Made by a program: the position numbers and the translations under genes
The notes under the pieces: model-generated
Seen by the model: only the letters and a program-made list of their open reading frames with translations
What the model was told of the DNA's origin: nothing
Database searches by the model: none
Shown here: positions 17,991 through 26,946 of the stretch, one piece after another
Position numbering within the stretch: position 1 is the stretch's first letter
Layout: each line of letters starts with the position of its first letter
From: Spirochaetaceae bacterium UBA5200
Lineage (GTDB): Bacteria; Spirochaetota; Spirochaetia; Treponematales; UBA12059
DNA: 64,000 bases
Reading direction: 5' to 3'
Assembly: GCA_002412825.1 (NCBI GenBank)
Contig: DHVU01000007.1
Location: 3,066 to 67,065, forward strand

Positions 17991-18885
17991 GTCGGGCCTG
18001 GGCAGGGGCCTTGGAGCCCTTATACCCGAAAGCGCCTATAATGACGAGGAAAAGCGCGAGCGGGAACCCGGTTCGGAGGGCATACGCTCCATACCCCTAG
18101 GCCGCGTAAAACCCAGCCCGGACCAGCCCCGCAAGCGCTTCGACGACGCTTCGCTGGGCGAGCTCGCGGAATCCATTAAACGCCACGGCGTTATCCAGCC
18201 GCTTATCGTCGAGCCCGACCTCGAGGACGGCTTCCGTATCGTAGCCGGCGAGCGCCGCTGGAGAGCCGCCGCCATGGCGGGGCTGCGCGAGATACCCGTC
18301 ATCATACGGGAGTTTGGCCTTGAGAAGCGCCTCGAGGTCGCCTTGGTGGAGAACGTGCAGCGCGAGGACCTCAACCCCGTGGACGAGGCGGAGGCCTACC
18401 GCCAGCTTATGGAAATAACCGCGCTTACCCAGGACCAGGTGGCCGAGCGCGTTGGCAAGAGCCGCTCGGCGGTCGCCAATTCCCTGCGTTTGCTCAATCT
18501 GCCCCAAGACGCCATGGAGGCCCTCCGCTCCGGCTTGGCCAGCGCCGGACACGCCCGCGCCATACTCGCCGTGCTCAACCCGGCCCATCGCGCCGCCCTC
18601 CTCAAGCGTATCGTAGACGACGGCATATCAGTGCGCGAGGCGGAGGCGGCCGCCCAGGCGCTCAATAGCGGGGTGAAGCGCAACGGCGAGTCGGCTAAAG
18701 CGCCGAAAACAGCGCCCAAGCCCCTGGATGCCGATCTGGCGGTCCTTGAGCAGAATTTAATAGGGCACCTCGGCACCAAGGTCAGCATAAAGGGCGACGC
18801 GCGCAAGGGTTCCATAGCCATCGAATATTTCTCCATGGACGACCTTGAGCGGGTATATGCGCTTATAACCGGAGAGCGTGCATAA
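17983..18885 (+). CDS. parB: chromosome partitioning protein ParB/Spo0J
   Basis: The product contains GLGRGLGALIP, the ParB box IVAGERRWRAA and an HTH region. I chose GTG 17983 (GAGGTG 7 nt upstream; it overlaps the parA stop). An alternative start is ATG 17953. Confidence 0.88.
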   Translation: MAKSGLGRGLGALIPESAYNDEEKREREPGSEGIRSIPLGRVKPSPDQPRKRFDDASLGELAESIKRHGVIQPLIVEPDLEDGFRIVAGERRWRAAAMAGLREIPVIIREFGLEKRLEVALVENVQREDLNPVDEAEAYRQLMEITALTQDQVAERVGKSRSAVANSLRLLNLPQDAMEALRSGLASAGHARAILAVLNPAHRAALLKRIVDDGISVREAEAAAQALNSGVKRNGESAKAPKTAPKPLDADLAVLEQNLIGHLGTKVSIKGDARKGSIAIEYFSMDDLERVYALITGERA

Positions 18886-19592
18886 TGAGGCGTGCTCTCT
18901 TTACGGTATCGCTGATTTTTGCCCTTGGTTCGTTTATCGCCTATGCGAACGAGCCAGGCCCCTTGCCCATACCGCCGCAAGGCTTTGACTACAGGCAGGG
19001 TATACATCCTCAGGCGGTGCCTGAGGATCTCGTGGATAAGCCCACGATACTGGAAATCGAAAATTACCTTTTTACCGACCGCAACAGCGGCGAACGCCGC
19101 ATGGCCGGCTACGTGGACATTCACGCGGTATACGATATCGGCATCGACTATCTAATCAGCGCTGTGGTGGATTTCGCCGGCTACCCTGACTACGCCCCGC
19201 GGATATTGTCTGCCCGTATAGCCGAGGCCATGGGCGACCGTTACCTTTTGCACTACACCGTGGGCATAAGCTTCTTAGGGTTCAGGGTAGCCTATGAAAC
19301 CGTCGAGGAAACCATAGTAACGCGCTATGCCGACGGCAGCCTGCTCACGCGCAGCCGGCTCATAGACAGCCCTGACGGCAATCTCTTTGAGCACTTTATG
19401 TCCATGTACCTCTGCGAACTGCGGGTGAACGGCAAAACCATGACCTACATACGCTATTTTAACCGCCCCGGACTGCGCAAACCCTTCCCCGGCATGCTCG
19501 CCGTAGCCAAGGCCTTTACCCCCGGAGAGAGCCGCCACCAGTTGAACGCCCTGGCAAAGGAAGCGGCCAAACGAGAAAAGGCCGCGCGTTAA
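18885..19592 (+). CDS. hypothetical secreted protein, translationally coupled to parB
   Basis: The ATG overlaps the parB stop (TAATG). An N-terminal signal peptide is present (LIFALGSFIAYA). I recognised no family with confidence. Confidence 0.6.
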   Translation: MRRALFTVSLIFALGSFIAYANEPGPLPIPPQGFDYRQGIHPQAVPEDLVDKPTILEIENYLFTDRNSGERRMAGYVDIHAVYDIGIDYLISAVVDFAGYPDYAPRILSARIAEAMGDRYLLHYTVGISFLGFRVAYETVEETIVTRYADGSLLTRSRLIDSPDGNLFEHFMSMYLCELRVNGKTMTYIRYFNRPGLRKPFPGMLAVAKAFTPGESRHQLNALAKEAAKREKAAR

Positions 19593-19631
19593 CGGACTAT
19601 CCCCATCTACCGCTTGGACCGTTACTGTTTT

Positions 19632-22600
19632 CTACCATTCTAATTCAATCAGGGACGCTCCTGACGAGCGGGTACCCTCGATACCGGAAGCCGAGCCCGC
19701 CAACCCGGTGCCAGCCGTGCCCGATACCGTACTAGGCGCCTGCACCAGGCGCGTGCCCAGGCGCTGGGCAAGCCTGCCTATGCTGGCTGAGCCGGGGAAA
19801 TCCCGCTCGGCAAGCGCCAGGGCCTCGGCCGCCCCCTTATCGTCGCCCGCAAGGCTCAGCGCCGTTATGAGGTTCACGCGGGGCGGCGAGCTTAGCGGAT
19901 CGAGCCGCGCGGCCTCCCTAAACGCGGTGGCCGCCTCGGAATAGTCGCCCAGCTGCACGAGGCGCACGCCGAGGTTATTAAAGAGCTCCGCGCCTGCCTT
20001 GCCGGCGCGGGCGTTCGTAGCGGCCAGCTGCTGCGGCAGCACAAAGCTATCCTTAAGGGCCGCAAGCGAGCTCCGAGCCAAGGCGCTATAGGCTGCAGGC
20101 GCGGCAAGCGGAGCTTCGCCAGGCGTTCCGGCAAGGGGCAAGGCCGGATAGGCGGAACGCGCTACAGCCAGCGGCACGAGCTCAAGCGCGGCCAGGCGCG
20201 CGCTCGCTTCCGCATAGCCCTGCCGCCATGCCTCGGCAAAGCCCTTTGACAGCACCGTAGTCTCGAGGGGTATCCACCAGCTGCCGTCGCGTTCTATAGC
20301 GCCATAGCGCTTAGGATCAATGCCATAACGCCCCGGGCCATCAGGGGGGCCGTCGGCCGCAAAGGCAAGCAGCACGTGCCCTGGAGTCGTGAGTATGGCC
20401 GTACGTACGCCCGCGGCCTCCAGGCAGGAAGCTAAGAGCGCAGTGGTATCGTCGCAGTCGCCCGCGCCCGAGCCCAGCGTAGAACGGGGAAAGCGCACCG
20501 TATCGATAAGCGGCGAGGAGCCTCGGGATCCGCCCGCGGCCACAAGGGTAAAGGGGGTAAGCGGGTCCTCCACGTACACCAGTCCCCGCGCGCCTAGGGC
20601 GTTTACGATGGCAAAGGCCCGGGAGAAGGCGCGCCCGAACAGCGGAGGCGGATCGAAAAACAGCGCGGCGTGAACGAACGATACGATGGCGTCGTCGTTA
20701 GGGGTAATAAAGGCCGCAAGCGCGGCGGTATCCTCCCAGGTAAGCGCCGTCCGTGAGCGGAACACTATGGACAGCGCGGCGCTACCCTCGGCCTTATCCG
20801 AGTCCGCCCGTACAAGGGCCGCTACCGTAAGCTCCTCGCGCAACTCCAGCACCGAACGGTTGAGCACAAGGGCTATAGGCAGCTCAAGAGCCGCGCCGGC
20901 GGCCAAAGGACCAGGAAGCTTAAGCTCGAGAGGGTAATCCATGAAATCCTTGATGGAGAGGCTCAAGCTTATGCCCTGCACGCTCTCGGAACCGGCATTG
21001 CGTATGCGCACATAGCCTGCCGGCACCGTCCTGTAACGCTCCATAAAGGCGGGAAAGAGCGGCCCTATCTTTGCCTCTATGATAAGGGGAGTTTTCTTAA
21101 AAGGGGCTACGCCGGACTCCCTCGCCCTGAACGCGTCGCCAAGGGCTGCCATGGCCTGGGCAAGCTTAGTGTCGTCAGGGTGGTCTCCCAGGTAACGTTC
21201 AAGGAGACGCATGGCCTTCTGATAGTCCGCGCGGGCCGTCTCCGCGCCGTAGCGCGCAAGCGGATCATAGACGGCATCGGCGGCGCTCAGCGCGGCCGCC
21301 CGTAGGAGCCCGGCCTTCAAGTCGCCGAGCCGCTTGGCGTTTTCCCTATTGCCCGGAAAGGCCGCGGCAAACGCATCCCTAAGCGTAAGCTCGCTCATAG
21401 ACAGCCCCGATTCCTGAAAGAATTTGGCGCGCGCGGCATAGGCAGCCTCGCTATCGGTATCCGCGCGAACGGCGGCGTTAAGCGCGATAGCCCGTTCAAG
21501 CGTGGAAGCAAAGGCATCGTCGCCGAGTCGCCGTTGAGCATCGAGGGAGCGCGCGTCGTCATAGCGGGTAAGGGTAAGGCCGCCCCCTGAAAGCAGGAGA
21601 TACAGCGATCCGTCCGTGCCTATGGCTGAACCATAGATCATGGATTCCATAAGCGGATCAGACTGCGGGCTCGGCTTGTCCATGCGCCAGAGCGGCAGCC
21701 CAAAGCGGTCGAAGGCGGCAAGGCTCGTCGTGCTTACGAGCAGGAATTCAGAACCGCGCAAATGCAGGCGCTGCGGCACCACCGCTTCGCCATCAGCCTG
21801 CACGAGCCTAAGCGCCTGAATGAGCTCGCCCGCGGGAGAATAGGCGCGCACTAGGCCAGACATGATATCGTAAGACCAGAAATTGCCGTCCTCGTCGTAA
21901 TCGAAGGCGGCCATCGTTATCGGCTTCGGGCCCTTAAGCTCAAGGGCGGCCCTCCTGCGCCCCACAAGCTTGACAAAGCCCATAGTCGTATAATCTTGGA
22001 AAACCGGCGCTCCCTCCGGAGCGAGCTTGAAACCGGAGGGAAGGGGTTGGACCGCTGCGACTTTTTGGAAGGCGGCGTCACCCCGTTTCAGCGTCCATAC
22101 GTCGCCCGTACTCGTCATGCCGGCGACCGTTCCCGCATGGCTCGTCGCCATTGAATAGAGGTACAGGTAAGGATTAGCCGGATCGAGGCGGTAACTGGTC
22201 CTCAGCCCAAGATCGGGCCCGAGTTCAGCAAGAAAGCCTATGCCCGCGAGGAACAGGCCGCCCCCAGGCGCCGCGCTGACCGCGCCATAACTCTGGGGCA
22301 TGGAAGGATCGGCCGCCAGCATAGCTCCGGAGGCTACCACGCTCAGTTCCAGGCTTGGCTGGGGGGCGCTGCCGCGCCAGCGGTCGGCCAATCCGGCCAT
22401 GCGCGCCCAAAGCGAGAAAATGAGCGGCGGGAGTTGGGATTCCAGCTCTTTCTTTTCATTCCAATAGAGGTTTATGCTTTCTTCCATACCCGCCTTTGAG
22501 CGTCCGGTAAGGACGAGCAACTGCGGATCGGAGGCAAACACAAAGCTCAGGGCAAGCCCGCGCGCGCGCTCCGCCTCATTGGGGAAAAAGGGCAGGTAAC

Positions 22601-22802
22601 GGTATGCAAAGGCTTCCATGGCCTGGGCGGCAACGGCCTTGGCGGCTTTTTCATCGATGCCCGCGCCTGGGGATACGTAGAGCTTATCCAGCTGAACGAC
22701 GGCCTGCGGGGCTTGCCGCGTTTGGCTTTGAGCCTGGGCTTGCGCTGGGCTATGCAGGAACGCTGCCAGTATGATACCCATCAAAGCTATGCGGACTTTC
22801 AT
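19632..22802 (-). CDS. large secreted TPR-repeat protein with transglutaminase-like cysteine protease core
   Basis: The 1056-aa product has a signal peptide, a transglutaminase-like segment (GAGDCDDTTALLASCLEAAGVRTAILTTPGHVLLAF) and C-terminal TPR-like repeats (LGDYSEAATAFREAARLDP). Confidence 0.7.
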   Translation of the reverse strand: MKVRIALMGIILAAFLHSPAQAQAQSQTRQAPQAVVQLDKLYVSPGAGIDEKAAKAVAAQAMEAFAYRYLPFFPNEAERARGLALSFVFASDPQLLVLTGRSKAGMEESINLYWNEKKELESQLPPLIFSLWARMAGLADRWRGSAPQPSLELSVVASGAMLAADPSMPQSYGAVSAAPGGGLFLAGIGFLAELGPDLGLRTSYRLDPANPYLYLYSMATSHAGTVAGMTSTGDVWTLKRGDAAFQKVAAVQPLPSGFKLAPEGAPVFQDYTTMGFVKLVGRRRAALELKGPKPITMAAFDYDEDGNFWSYDIMSGLVRAYSPAGELIQALRLVQADGEAVVPQRLHLRGSEFLLVSTTSLAAFDRFGLPLWRMDKPSPQSDPLMESMIYGSAIGTDGSLYLLLSGGGLTLTRYDDARSLDAQRRLGDDAFASTLERAIALNAAVRADTDSEAAYAARAKFFQESGLSMSELTLRDAFAAAFPGNRENAKRLGDLKAGLLRAAALSAADAVYDPLARYGAETARADYQKAMRLLERYLGDHPDDTKLAQAMAALGDAFRARESGVAPFKKTPLIIEAKIGPLFPAFMERYRTVPAGYVRIRNAGSESVQGISLSLSIKDFMDYPLELKLPGPLAAGAALELPIALVLNRSVLELREELTVAALVRADSDKAEGSAALSIVFRSRTALTWEDTAALAAFITPNDDAIVSFVHAALFFDPPPLFGRAFSRAFAIVNALGARGLVYVEDPLTPFTLVAAGGSRGSSPLIDTVRFPRSTLGSGAGDCDDTTALLASCLEAAGVRTAILTTPGHVLLAFAADGPPDGPGRYGIDPKRYGAIERDGSWWIPLETTVLSKGFAEAWRQGYAEASARLAALELVPLAVARSAYPALPLAGTPGEAPLAAPAAYSALARSSLAALKDSFVLPQQLAATNARAGKAGAELFNNLGVRLVQLGDYSEAATAFREAARLDPLSSPPRVNLITALSLAGDDKGAAEALALAERDFPGSASIGRLAQRLGTRLVQAPSTVSGTAGTGLAGSASGIEGTRSSGASLIELEW

Positions 22803-22961
22803 GCAAGCCTCCGTGTCTACATTGGTCTACCTTCGATAGTATAGCAATATCCTGAGTGTAATGCTTAAAAAGCGCCGCCCACAAGCTTCGTAACACAGGT
22901 AGTACTGCCCCTTCATGATGCAAGACTCGCAAGCAGCTCTCCGGCGCGCTATAGTTAGGCC

Positions 22962-24653
22962 ATGACAAGCAACCAGACGCGCTGCGCGCGCATCACCGCA
23001 CTTGCTGTATCTGCCGTATTTGTCCTTACGGCGCTTGCGTCCTTCTCCTGCGTCAGCTCCTCCGGCTCCGGCTACGAACGCTCGGTCGACGACGACCAAA
23101 GCGCGGCCGCACGCGCCGCCGCGGCTAAAAAGGACAAGACGCCCCCTCCGCAAAACGATACGGATGGCAGCACAAATCCCCCCAATTCTAGTTGGTCGGG
23201 CAGCGGCAGCTGGTCTTCGTCCGGATCTTCTAGCATAAGCATACAGATTCAGGCGGCAACGCCCCGGGGAACCATAGAGCTGCGCGGAGCGCCGACCGGC
23301 GCTACGCTGCTCATAGACGGCGTGCCCCGTTCAAGCGCCGTACGGGCCTTAGATGCCAGCGGCACGGTGGCGCGCACGGAGACGGAAGCTGGCTACCGCC
23401 GCGTACGCATGGAGCTCTTCGGCTACGAAGCCTGGGAAAGCGTCATAGAACTGCCTGCCCGCGGCTATGTGCTGCTCTACGCGTCGATGCCGCGGCTGCC
23501 CTTTACCCTTGTTCCCGCCTCGGAAGCGCTCGTGCGCAGTGACCCGCGGCGGCCGGGCAGCCTAGGCACGGCTCGCATAGCCTTCAAGGCACAAGCCCCG
23601 GGCAGCGCACGGGTATGGATAGAGAACCAGAGCGGCAGGCTGCTTAGGGATATCGGTCGGCTCGCCATCACGGGAGAGGCCGTCCTCGTCGACTGGGATG
23701 GGAAGGACGAGCAGGGGCTTGTCCTTCCTAACGGGCTCTACCGGATTCGAATACAGGGTGAGGGAGGTGAAGCGTCGGGCTCTGCCGGCGCAAGCCGCCT
23801 TGTGGAGCTTGCCCGCCTCGAGCCTTTACGGGCAGCCTCTCTTCACGGCGCTTATTCCGGCGCGCTGCTCGCGCCAGACAGCATCGTACTGCCCCGCGGC
23901 GTGAATCAGGTATCCGGCGGCGCTTACGCCTATATAGACGCGCGCGATTCTGACGGAGCCGCGCCCGGTGGCACTATGAGCGCTCGAATTCCTTCATGGT
24001 TCGGACTGCGGCTCGGAGGCCTCCCGTTTGAAGGCAGCGAGCTCGTCGTGTCGATTATGGCCACGCCCTATCTGGGCTATGACTTTGTCTATGACCCCAG
24101 CGGCTTCTCGCTACTGGCCTCGCTTAAGGGCGAACTGCTCCGCGCCGGCGACTTTAGCGCCGCCTTCCTTGCGCGAGCTGGCATAGGCTCTTTTCTTGAC
24201 GACGAACTGGAGGATTGGCCTGCGTCCTGGGATGGCGCCGCCCGCTTCCCCGGCGCGGGCGGCGGCTTCGTGCTTGAATACGCCCCGGGCCCCGGCCGCA
24301 TATTCCTGTCCGCGGAAGCCATAGCAGCGCGCTTCTATCCTGAATGGGGAGACCAGAGCGGCGTATGGTGGGAAGTGCCGGGCTTCTTCGCCTGGGCCTA
24401 CCTGCGCGGTGGCGTCGAGACGCTAATCGAACTCGGCGCTGCCGGGCAGCTGTCCGCCATGGCCTCTATAGCCGCGCGCAGCTGGCCCTTCGGAGGCCCA
24501 GCGGGCTTTCAGCCTCCTCTGTCCGTAGCCGGAGAGTTAGCCTGGTACGCGCCCTCGTCGCCCTTCGTGCTCCACGCCTACGCCGCGGGCCAATGGGAGC
24601 GCTTCTATTCCTGGTACTTCGGCGGCGGCCTGGGCCTTTCGCTGCTTTTCTAA
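22962..24653 (+). CDS. secreted/outer-membrane protein with PEGA-like and FlgD-Ig-like domains
   Basis: The 563-aa product has a signal/lipobox-like N-terminus, a Ser/Gly-rich linker, a PEGA-like segment (PTGATLLIDGVPR) and an FlgD-Ig-like segment (LVDWDGKDEQGLVLPNGLYRIRIQ). It ends ...GLSLLF; a terminal aromatic is a barrel-type signature. Confidence 0.6.
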   Translation: MTSNQTRCARITALAVSAVFVLTALASFSCVSSSGSGYERSVDDDQSAAARAAAAKKDKTPPPQNDTDGSTNPPNSSWSGSGSWSSSGSSSISIQIQAATPRGTIELRGAPTGATLLIDGVPRSSAVRALDASGTVARTETEAGYRRVRMELFGYEAWESVIELPARGYVLLYASMPRLPFTLVPASEALVRSDPRRPGSLGTARIAFKAQAPGSARVWIENQSGRLLRDIGRLAITGEAVLVDWDGKDEQGLVLPNGLYRIRIQGEGGEASGSAGASRLVELARLEPLRAASLHGAYSGALLAPDSIVLPRGVNQVSGGAYAYIDARDSDGAAPGGTMSARIPSWFGLRLGGLPFEGSELVVSIMATPYLGYDFVYDPSGFSLLASLKGELLRAGDFSAAFLARAGIGSFLDDELEDWPASWDGAARFPGAGGGFVLEYAPGPGRIFLSAEAIAARFYPEWGDQSGVWWEVPGFFAWAYLRGGVETLIELGAAGQLSAMASIAARSWPFGGPAGFQPPLSVAGELAWYAPSSPFVLHAYAAGQWERFYSWYFGGGLGLSLLF

Positions 24654-24660
24654 CGCGGCC

Positions 24661-24705
24661 CAGCCTTACCAGCCTTACCAGCCTTACCAGCCTTACCAGC
24701 CTTGC
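24661..24705. repeat. 9-bp tandem repeat: CAGCCTTAC x4 plus CAGCCTTGC
   Basis: Read directly from the sequence. It lies between two convergent genes and contains the stop codon of the minus-strand patatin-like gene. Confidence 0.95.
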
Positions 24706-26768
24706 CCGGCGGGAGCCAGGAAGAAGCGCAGAAAAAGCCTATCGCCCTCCGGATCCGTTCCCGCCTCGAAAAGAAGGCGCGCGGACTTGAGCCCTATGAG
24801 GGACAGGTCGCAGCCCAGGCGAAGCCCTAAGGCCGAAGAGGCGGGATAGTCCGCGCCTGCTATCCAGGCCGCGTCCGCGAAAAGGGCGAAGGACAGGCGC
24901 CTTACTATGACTAACTCCGCGAAGGACAGCGCCGCGCGCTCAGGCTCCCAGCCCAGTGACAGAGAAGCGCCTAGCCAGGCCCTGCTCGCGCTATCCACAG
25001 CCGCCGCATCGGCTATGCTCAAAGGGTCGGAAAAGAAAAACGGCGCGCGGCCTCCATCGGCCAAAGCCGCGCGCGCCATGGCCTTTGAGCGCAGCACAAG
25101 GGATTCTAGGGGCGCGATAGCCAAGCCGAGCTCGGCGAAGGCCAGGTTCTCATCCCACGCGCCGGCCAGCTGATGCCCCGCCGCCAGGGCGATCCCGCGC
25201 AGGGGCCCCGGCGAGTCGATCGCTACGCGGGCGCCGCTTGATAGCAGCATACGCTGTTCCGCGCCGAAAGAGCTTGCGCCTGCGCCTGCGCCCATTAAGT
25301 CGGCGAAGCTCAGCTCAAGCATAGAGAACAGCTCCAGCCTGCCTGAGTCCTTGGGAAAGGACGCGCTCAGGGCGGTTCTTTGGTACAGGGCTACCCTTCC
25401 CGTCCCCGTTTCGGCAGGCAATGAAACGCCATCCGGCCACGATGCTAGGGCCATGCCATCAACTTTGAGCCAGGGCAGGGGGTAGAGCTCTACGCCGCCG
25501 TAGAGGCCGGGAACAGGCGCGGCGCCGCCATAAGCATCCCAGGAAAATCCGCCGGCAAGCTCCAGCTCCAGGGCGGCATGGCGCAGGCCAAAGCCAAGCC
25601 CCAAGAACAGCTCGTCGTTCAAGAGCCAGGTATCGCCAGGATAGGCGTGCGAACGCAGCGCGGGCGCGAGCGACAGGGCGGGCTTGGCAGACGGCGCCCG
25701 CTCAAAGGGCGCCCAGGCCTTGCCCGCAGCCTCCAACGAACGCTCAAGGCCCGCGCGCAGGGGAGCCAGGCGCTCAACGGCAGCGCTTTGGCTAAGCGCG
25801 GCCGCGCCGGCCAGCGAGCCTAAGGCCCAGGCCATGGCGTCCGCCGAGCGGTATCCTTCCGCGTCCAGCTCGGCCAGGCGGTCGAAGGCCATGAAGCTGA
25901 AGGATTCCACCGCGCAGCGTATCCAGAGCGCGTCGGGATAGCGCAACAGGTCTTCCACGCCCGCGCGGCGCTTGCCAATATCGATGGAGCTATTGAGGAT
26001 AACCAGAGGGTTTCGGAGGCTCAGGTTTTTCGCGTCGTAAAAGGTGCTCGACACGATAGCGCTGTTTGAAAACTCGCGCGCCGTGCCCAGGGGCACCAGA
26101 TTGCTGATACCGCCGTCTATGAGCAGATGTTTCTCATAAGCCACGGGGGGGAAATACACGGGCAAGGCGTAGGCCGCCTCCATGACCGTGGTAAAATCCC
26201 CTTCCGCCATACGTATCTCCCGCTTGGTGACCAGGTCTTCGCATACGACGAGTATGGGTATGGGCAAATCCTCAAGCCGCAGCTCGCCGAGATAGAGCCG
26301 TATAAGGTCGGAAAAGCGGCGCGGGTCGAGTATGCCCCCGCGCGTGGGCAGTACCGGCTCGAACAGAGCGCCAAGCTCGGTGCCGGATACCAGGCGGTAT
26401 ATCTGATCCGGCGACAAGCCCGCCGCGTACAGAAGCCCGATAATGGAGCCCATGGAATTAGCCACGATAAAATCCGGCACTATGCCCGCTTCTTCCAGGC
26501 GGCGCAGCACCCCTATATGCGCGAACGCTCGCGCCGATCCGCCTGACAGCACCAGCCCCAAAGCCTCTCGCTCGCCGCCCGTGCGGGCGGCAATACGGGC
26601 CTTAAAAGCCTCCTCGCCATAGAATATGGGCGTCGATGCCAAGAGTAGCTCATCGCCAGGCGCGCCTACTAGGCCCTGCGGATTCACACGATCTTGCGCT
26701 TCTATGGACATAGCGCTTATATAGCATACAGCCAGGACTATCGCCGCAAAGCTCTTTTTCGTGTTCAT
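24693..26768 (-). CDS. patatin-like phospholipase with long C-terminal putative beta-barrel region
   Basis: I chose ATG 26768 (MNTKKSFAAIVLAV..., a signal peptide). Patatin motifs are present: GGSARAF (oxyanion), ANSMGS (nucleophile elbow) and LIDGG (catalytic Asp). The roughly 350-aa C-terminal region ends in ...GQGW. The ORF-track extension to 27329 is antisense to eno. Confidence 0.75.
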   Translation of the reverse strand: MNTKKSFAAIVLAVCYISAMSIEAQDRVNPQGLVGAPGDELLLASTPIFYGEEAFKARIAARTGGEREALGLVLSGGSARAFAHIGVLRRLEEAGIVPDFIVANSMGSIIGLLYAAGLSPDQIYRLVSGTELGALFEPVLPTRGGILDPRRFSDLIRLYLGELRLEDLPIPILVVCEDLVTKREIRMAEGDFTTVMEAAYALPVYFPPVAYEKHLLIDGGISNLVPLGTAREFSNSAIVSSTFYDAKNLSLRNPLVILNSSIDIGKRRAGVEDLLRYPDALWIRCAVESFSFMAFDRLAELDAEGYRSADAMAWALGSLAGAAALSQSAAVERLAPLRAGLERSLEAAGKAWAPFERAPSAKPALSLAPALRSHAYPGDTWLLNDELFLGLGFGLRHAALELELAGGFSWDAYGGAAPVPGLYGGVELYPLPWLKVDGMALASWPDGVSLPAETGTGRVALYQRTALSASFPKDSGRLELFSMLELSFADLMGAGAGASSFGAEQRMLLSSGARVAIDSPGPLRGIALAAGHQLAGAWDENLAFAELGLAIAPLESLVLRSKAMARAALADGGRAPFFFSDPLSIADAAAVDSASRAWLGASLSLGWEPERAALSFAELVIVRRLSFALFADAAWIAGADYPASSALGLRLGCDLSLIGLKSARLLFEAGTDPEGDRLFLRFFLAPAGQGW

Positions 26769-26831
26769 AGCGTTCTTTATACTCGTCAAGGGTCCAGCGC
26801 ATCTAGGCATGGCCGCGTTTCCTGCCCATCC

Positions 26832-26860
26832 TTGACGCTTCGGTTCAAAACAGCTAAGGT
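26832..26860 (+). promoter_or_regulatory. candidate sigma70-type promoter for eno (TTGACG-17-TAAGGT)
   Basis: The hexamers and spacing were read from the sequence. The element lies 87 nt upstream of the eno ATG. The -10 hexamer is weak. Confidence 0.35.
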
Positions 26861-26946
26861 TTCTCCATAGCATAGCGAATAAACATCGGCAGCGGCCGCC
26901 TTCCGCGGCATGGCAGTCAATCGCATCAGTAACAAGGAGACCACTC

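Noticed and set aside
17062-18885. parS site (TGTTTCACGTGAAACA-like) near parAB
   Set aside because: Scanning by eye found only unrelated CACGTG cores elsewhere (for example near 20375 and 28755) and a half-site-like GTTTCACGC at about 12190. Nothing is convincing. A proper pattern search is needed.
24344-24790. 148-aa plus-strand ORF containing an LTSLTSLTSLTSL repeat
   Set aside because: The peptide repeat is just the translation of the intergenic 9-bp DNA repeat. The ORF overlaps the 3' ends of two better-supported genes in other frames.
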